Positions 60,851-64,000 of a stretch of 64,000 bases of DNA are shown here, one piece after another; position 1 is the stretch's first letter, and every line of letters begins with the position of its first letter. The DNA lies in assembly GCA_964016885.1 (NCBI GenBank), contig OZ024743.1, positions 10,912,001 to 10,976,000 on the forward strand, read 5' to 3'. The position numbers and the translations under genes were made by a program. Origin of the DNA: Eledone cirrhosa (taxonomy: Eukaryota). Below the pieces are notes generated by a model. The model saw only the letters and a list, made by a program, of their open reading frames with translations, made no database searches and was not told where the DNA came from.

Positions 60851-61957
60851 TGATGACTGCCCCCTCGTTATCGAGTATGGCCATTGCACGAGGAGAACAA
60901 AAAAATTAATAAATTAATTAAAAATAAAATAAAAATACATATACACACACACATATACATTAATAACAATAATAATAATAATAATAACAACAATAATAAT
61001 ATACATATACATATGTATATACACATACACGCACACACATAAACATATCTATACACACACATACACACGATAGCAACTAACAGCGCTGCGATCGAATGTG
61101 GCTTTTTAGCCCAGCCAATGATCTAAAATGTCTTGCACAGAGTCGGCAACCAAAACATTTACTGGGAATAGTCGGCTGTGGTTGGAGTTCGTGTACTTTT
61201 GCATGTCGCTTGAGCCCTCCTGCTGATTTACATTCTCTACCACATGTTTGGCAAGCATGATGAGTAGCATCTCCAACAGCAGCCTGGTAGTCAACCACTG
61301 GTCTTACTTTATGACTGCGAAGATGACTTTCGAGTCCAGCTATGCTTAGGCAGAGTCTCGCACATACGCTGCATGTCAGCACCATAGGAGGACCCTCGCC
61401 GTCTGGAAGTGCAACAGCAATGCCCTTCCTCACATCCCGCTTTACTTTCTCGTATGCGATTCGAGATGCCTCAAAGGCAACTTTTCCCTCATATACAGTC
61501 TTTCTCCATTTATTACGATCCGCAGCAATATTTTCCCATGTATCAGCAGAGATGTTAGCGTCTTTCAGAGAGGCTTTCAAGGAATCCTTATACCTCTTTT
61601 TTGGTTTATGTGGCGGTCGTTTTCCTTTAACCAACTCTCCATAAAAGAGTTGTTTTGGTATTCTAGAATCCTTCATCCTGGCAAGGTGACCACTCCAACG
61701 GGTCGTTGCTTAAGCACAAGAGCTTCTATACTGTCACACATAGAGCTTTCCAAAATCTCGACATCACTGATGTGGTCCCTCCAGTGAACGCCATGGATCC
61801 GTCTGAGACACATCTGATGGAAACGCTCCAATTGCTTAAGGTGGTGTCGATATGTGACCCAGGTCTCGCAGGCATAAAGAAGACAAGAGAGCACACATGC
61901 CCTGTACACCTTTACCTTTGTCCTCCTGCATATGTCTCGCCGACCCAGAGTCGCCAT
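60851..61957 (-). mobile_element. 5'-truncated RTE (BovB-like) LINE with three C-terminal zinc-finger-like motifs
   Basis: TKVKVYRACVLSCLLYACETW, LERFHQMCLRRI, RIPKQLFYGEL, RYKDSLK, ADRNKWR; frameshift near 61690. Confidence 0.9.
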
Positions 61958-62619
61958 ACATACATACATACATACATACATACATACATACATACATACA
62001 TACATACATACATACATACATACGATAAAGATAAGCATTTCAGGTCGTAACTTGCTTTTACACGAATCGTATGCGTCATTTTTCTATTGTTATTTCGAGA
62101 TAAGCCTGAAGTCTTAAATCTTCTGCTTTGAGTTATAGTAGTGAGGAATAATCATAGACTGTCAGGGAAGTGAAATGACTCTAAAATAAAGATAGTACCG
62201 AAAGACTCCCTCACTGAACGGAGTCTATGACCATTTTTTATAAAATATTTCTACACACTACACCGTGTGTAAAAGGTGCCATCGTAAGAAAACAACGATT
62301 TTAAACGGTAAAAAAGGAGAAAAAATATGAAAATTTATGAAGATAACACAATTTCATATATACATAATATAAGCTACGTAATAATGGTTTCTCATTTTGC
62401 CACATTGTCAGCAGTTTTCAGGAGAATAGAAAGCCGATTATATCGATCCCAATACTTGACCAGTAAATTATTTTAGCGGCATCGGAAAGATGACAAATTA
62501 ACTTAAGCGTGGCGTGATTTGAACTTAGAACATAAAGGACACAACTGAATACTGCAGAGCATTTTATTCGACACTTCAACAATTCTGTCAATCCACAACC
62601 CATAGAAGCTATTTAATAT

Positions 62620-63238
62620 TTGTTTCTACTTTTGGCACAAGGCCAGCAATTATCCCAGTGCACTACTGGTGCTTTATTTTATCGATCTCGTAAGGATGAA
62701 ATGCAAAGTTAACCTCGGCGGGATTTGAACTCAGACCGTAAAGGTCTGTAACTCTATACTGCAGAGCATGGCGTCCGACTCTCTACCGATACTGTCACAC
62801 CACTTTAAAAATGTTCTACTTTTGGCACAAGGCCAGCAATTATCCTAGTACATTACTGGTACTTTATTTTATTGACCTCATAAGGATGAAAGGCAAAGTT
62901 AACCTCGGCGGGATTTGGACTGAGACCGTAAAGGGCCGTAACTATGCTGCAAAGCATGGCGTCCGACTCTCTACCGATACTGCCAATCCACCTTTAATAA
63001 TGAAGAAATATCGGTTTTTTATATAGGCACAAGGCCAGTGATTTGGGGGAGGAAAAGTCTATTAAATCGACCCCAGTGCGTGACTGGTACTTTATTTTAT
63101 CGACCCCGTGAGGATGAAAGGCAAAGTTAACCTCGGCGGGATTTGAAATCATGGCGTCCGACTCTCTACCGATACTGCCAATCCACCTTTAATAATTGTT
63201 TCTACGTTAGGCACAAGGCCAGCAATTACCCAGTGCAT
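62620..63238 (-). mobile_element. Cluster of four tandem Nin-type SINEs (62620-62802, 62812-62992, 63024-63187, 63195-63238 partial)
   Basis: Same family, same orientation; an older relative lies at ~62395-62595. Confidence 0.88.
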
Positions 63239-63982
63239 TTAATAATGAAGAAATATCACGATCAAATGTTATTGAAATAATGTTTCAACTATTAACGAAT
63301 CTCATGGCAAGCATGAGCCAAATATGCATTACCCACAGAATAAACTTAAGTTGTTTTTGGAATTGACGATCAAGCAGATACGAAAGATATACATATTTCC
63401 AATATGTTAATACATATAGTTTTATTTATGTTACCCTTTTCTTTAGTCATGGATTTAGATTATGCTATTGTATAATTAGTTGATGTAGCATATGTTACTT
63501 ACAACCTGTTGAATATATAGCAGATTTATTTATATAAAACTTAATGACAAACTTTGAACGGTTTATCAAATTTCCATTATACCAGGTCCTGACTTCCTAC
63601 TCCGCCAATCATTCCTACTTTATCATGTAGGTCGAACTGGACCTGCCATTTTGTGGGCTTCTTTGGCTTCAGGTAGTCTCAATTTGCAGATAACTAGATG
63701 GTGATCAGTTGGCAGCTTAGCCCCTCTCTAATACAAACCTCCAGCACAGAATCGAAGAGATCGGAAATAATAACAAAACCAATTATTCATCTCTGTCACA
63801 GTTTCCCCTTATACCATGTATATCTATAGATATATTTGTGCTGGAAGACGGTGTTCATATTAGAGTACGTCCATTACTAGAACAGAAGTCTAATAAGACT
63901 TCTCCATTCGTAATTGGACTGGGTCGCCGCTCCTTCCAATCACTCCTGTAGTCAGTGCCAACATGTGCATTGAAATCTCCCA

Positions 63983-64000
63983 TGGTGGATTGGCAGTATC
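63983..64000 (+). mobile_element. Start of another Nin-type SINE, cut by the window edge
   Basis: GGTGGATTGGCAGTATC. Confidence 0.6.

Overview
AT-rich, gene-poor eukaryotic DNA. It is probably from a cephalopod (Octopus-like), inferred from the tRNA/Nin-type SINEs and the very large (TA)n, (CA)n and (CATA)n arrays. No host protein-coding gene is supported, and most ORF-track entries are microsatellite translations. The window is a retroelement landscape sorted by microsatellite type. (1) Penelope-like elements (PLEs) sit in (TA)n arrays as asymmetric head-to-head palindromes. The largest is a ~6 kb palindrome (5961-11945) whose two arms together give a near-intact RT + C-terminal GIY-YIG ORF with an unusually long insert between RT motifs A and B'. 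(2) Multiple type I hammerhead ribozyme motifs are present: an intact one, a U3-A8 covariant one, a tandem pair 557 bp apart (retrozyme-like), and two ~200 bp palindromes that fold back inside hammerhead helix II. (3) A (CATA)n nest holds R4/Dong-like RLE LINEs, an RTE LINE with three C-terminal zinc fingers, and a non-autonomous RTE derivative with a candidate HDV-like ribozyme. (4) A Tx1-clade LINE sits at (CTAT)/(TC) repeats. Also present: CRE and R4 relics, two Helitrons, a hAT MITE, many SINEs and a 58-bp minisatellite derived from LINE RT sequence. All calls were made by eye; no searches or folding programs were run.
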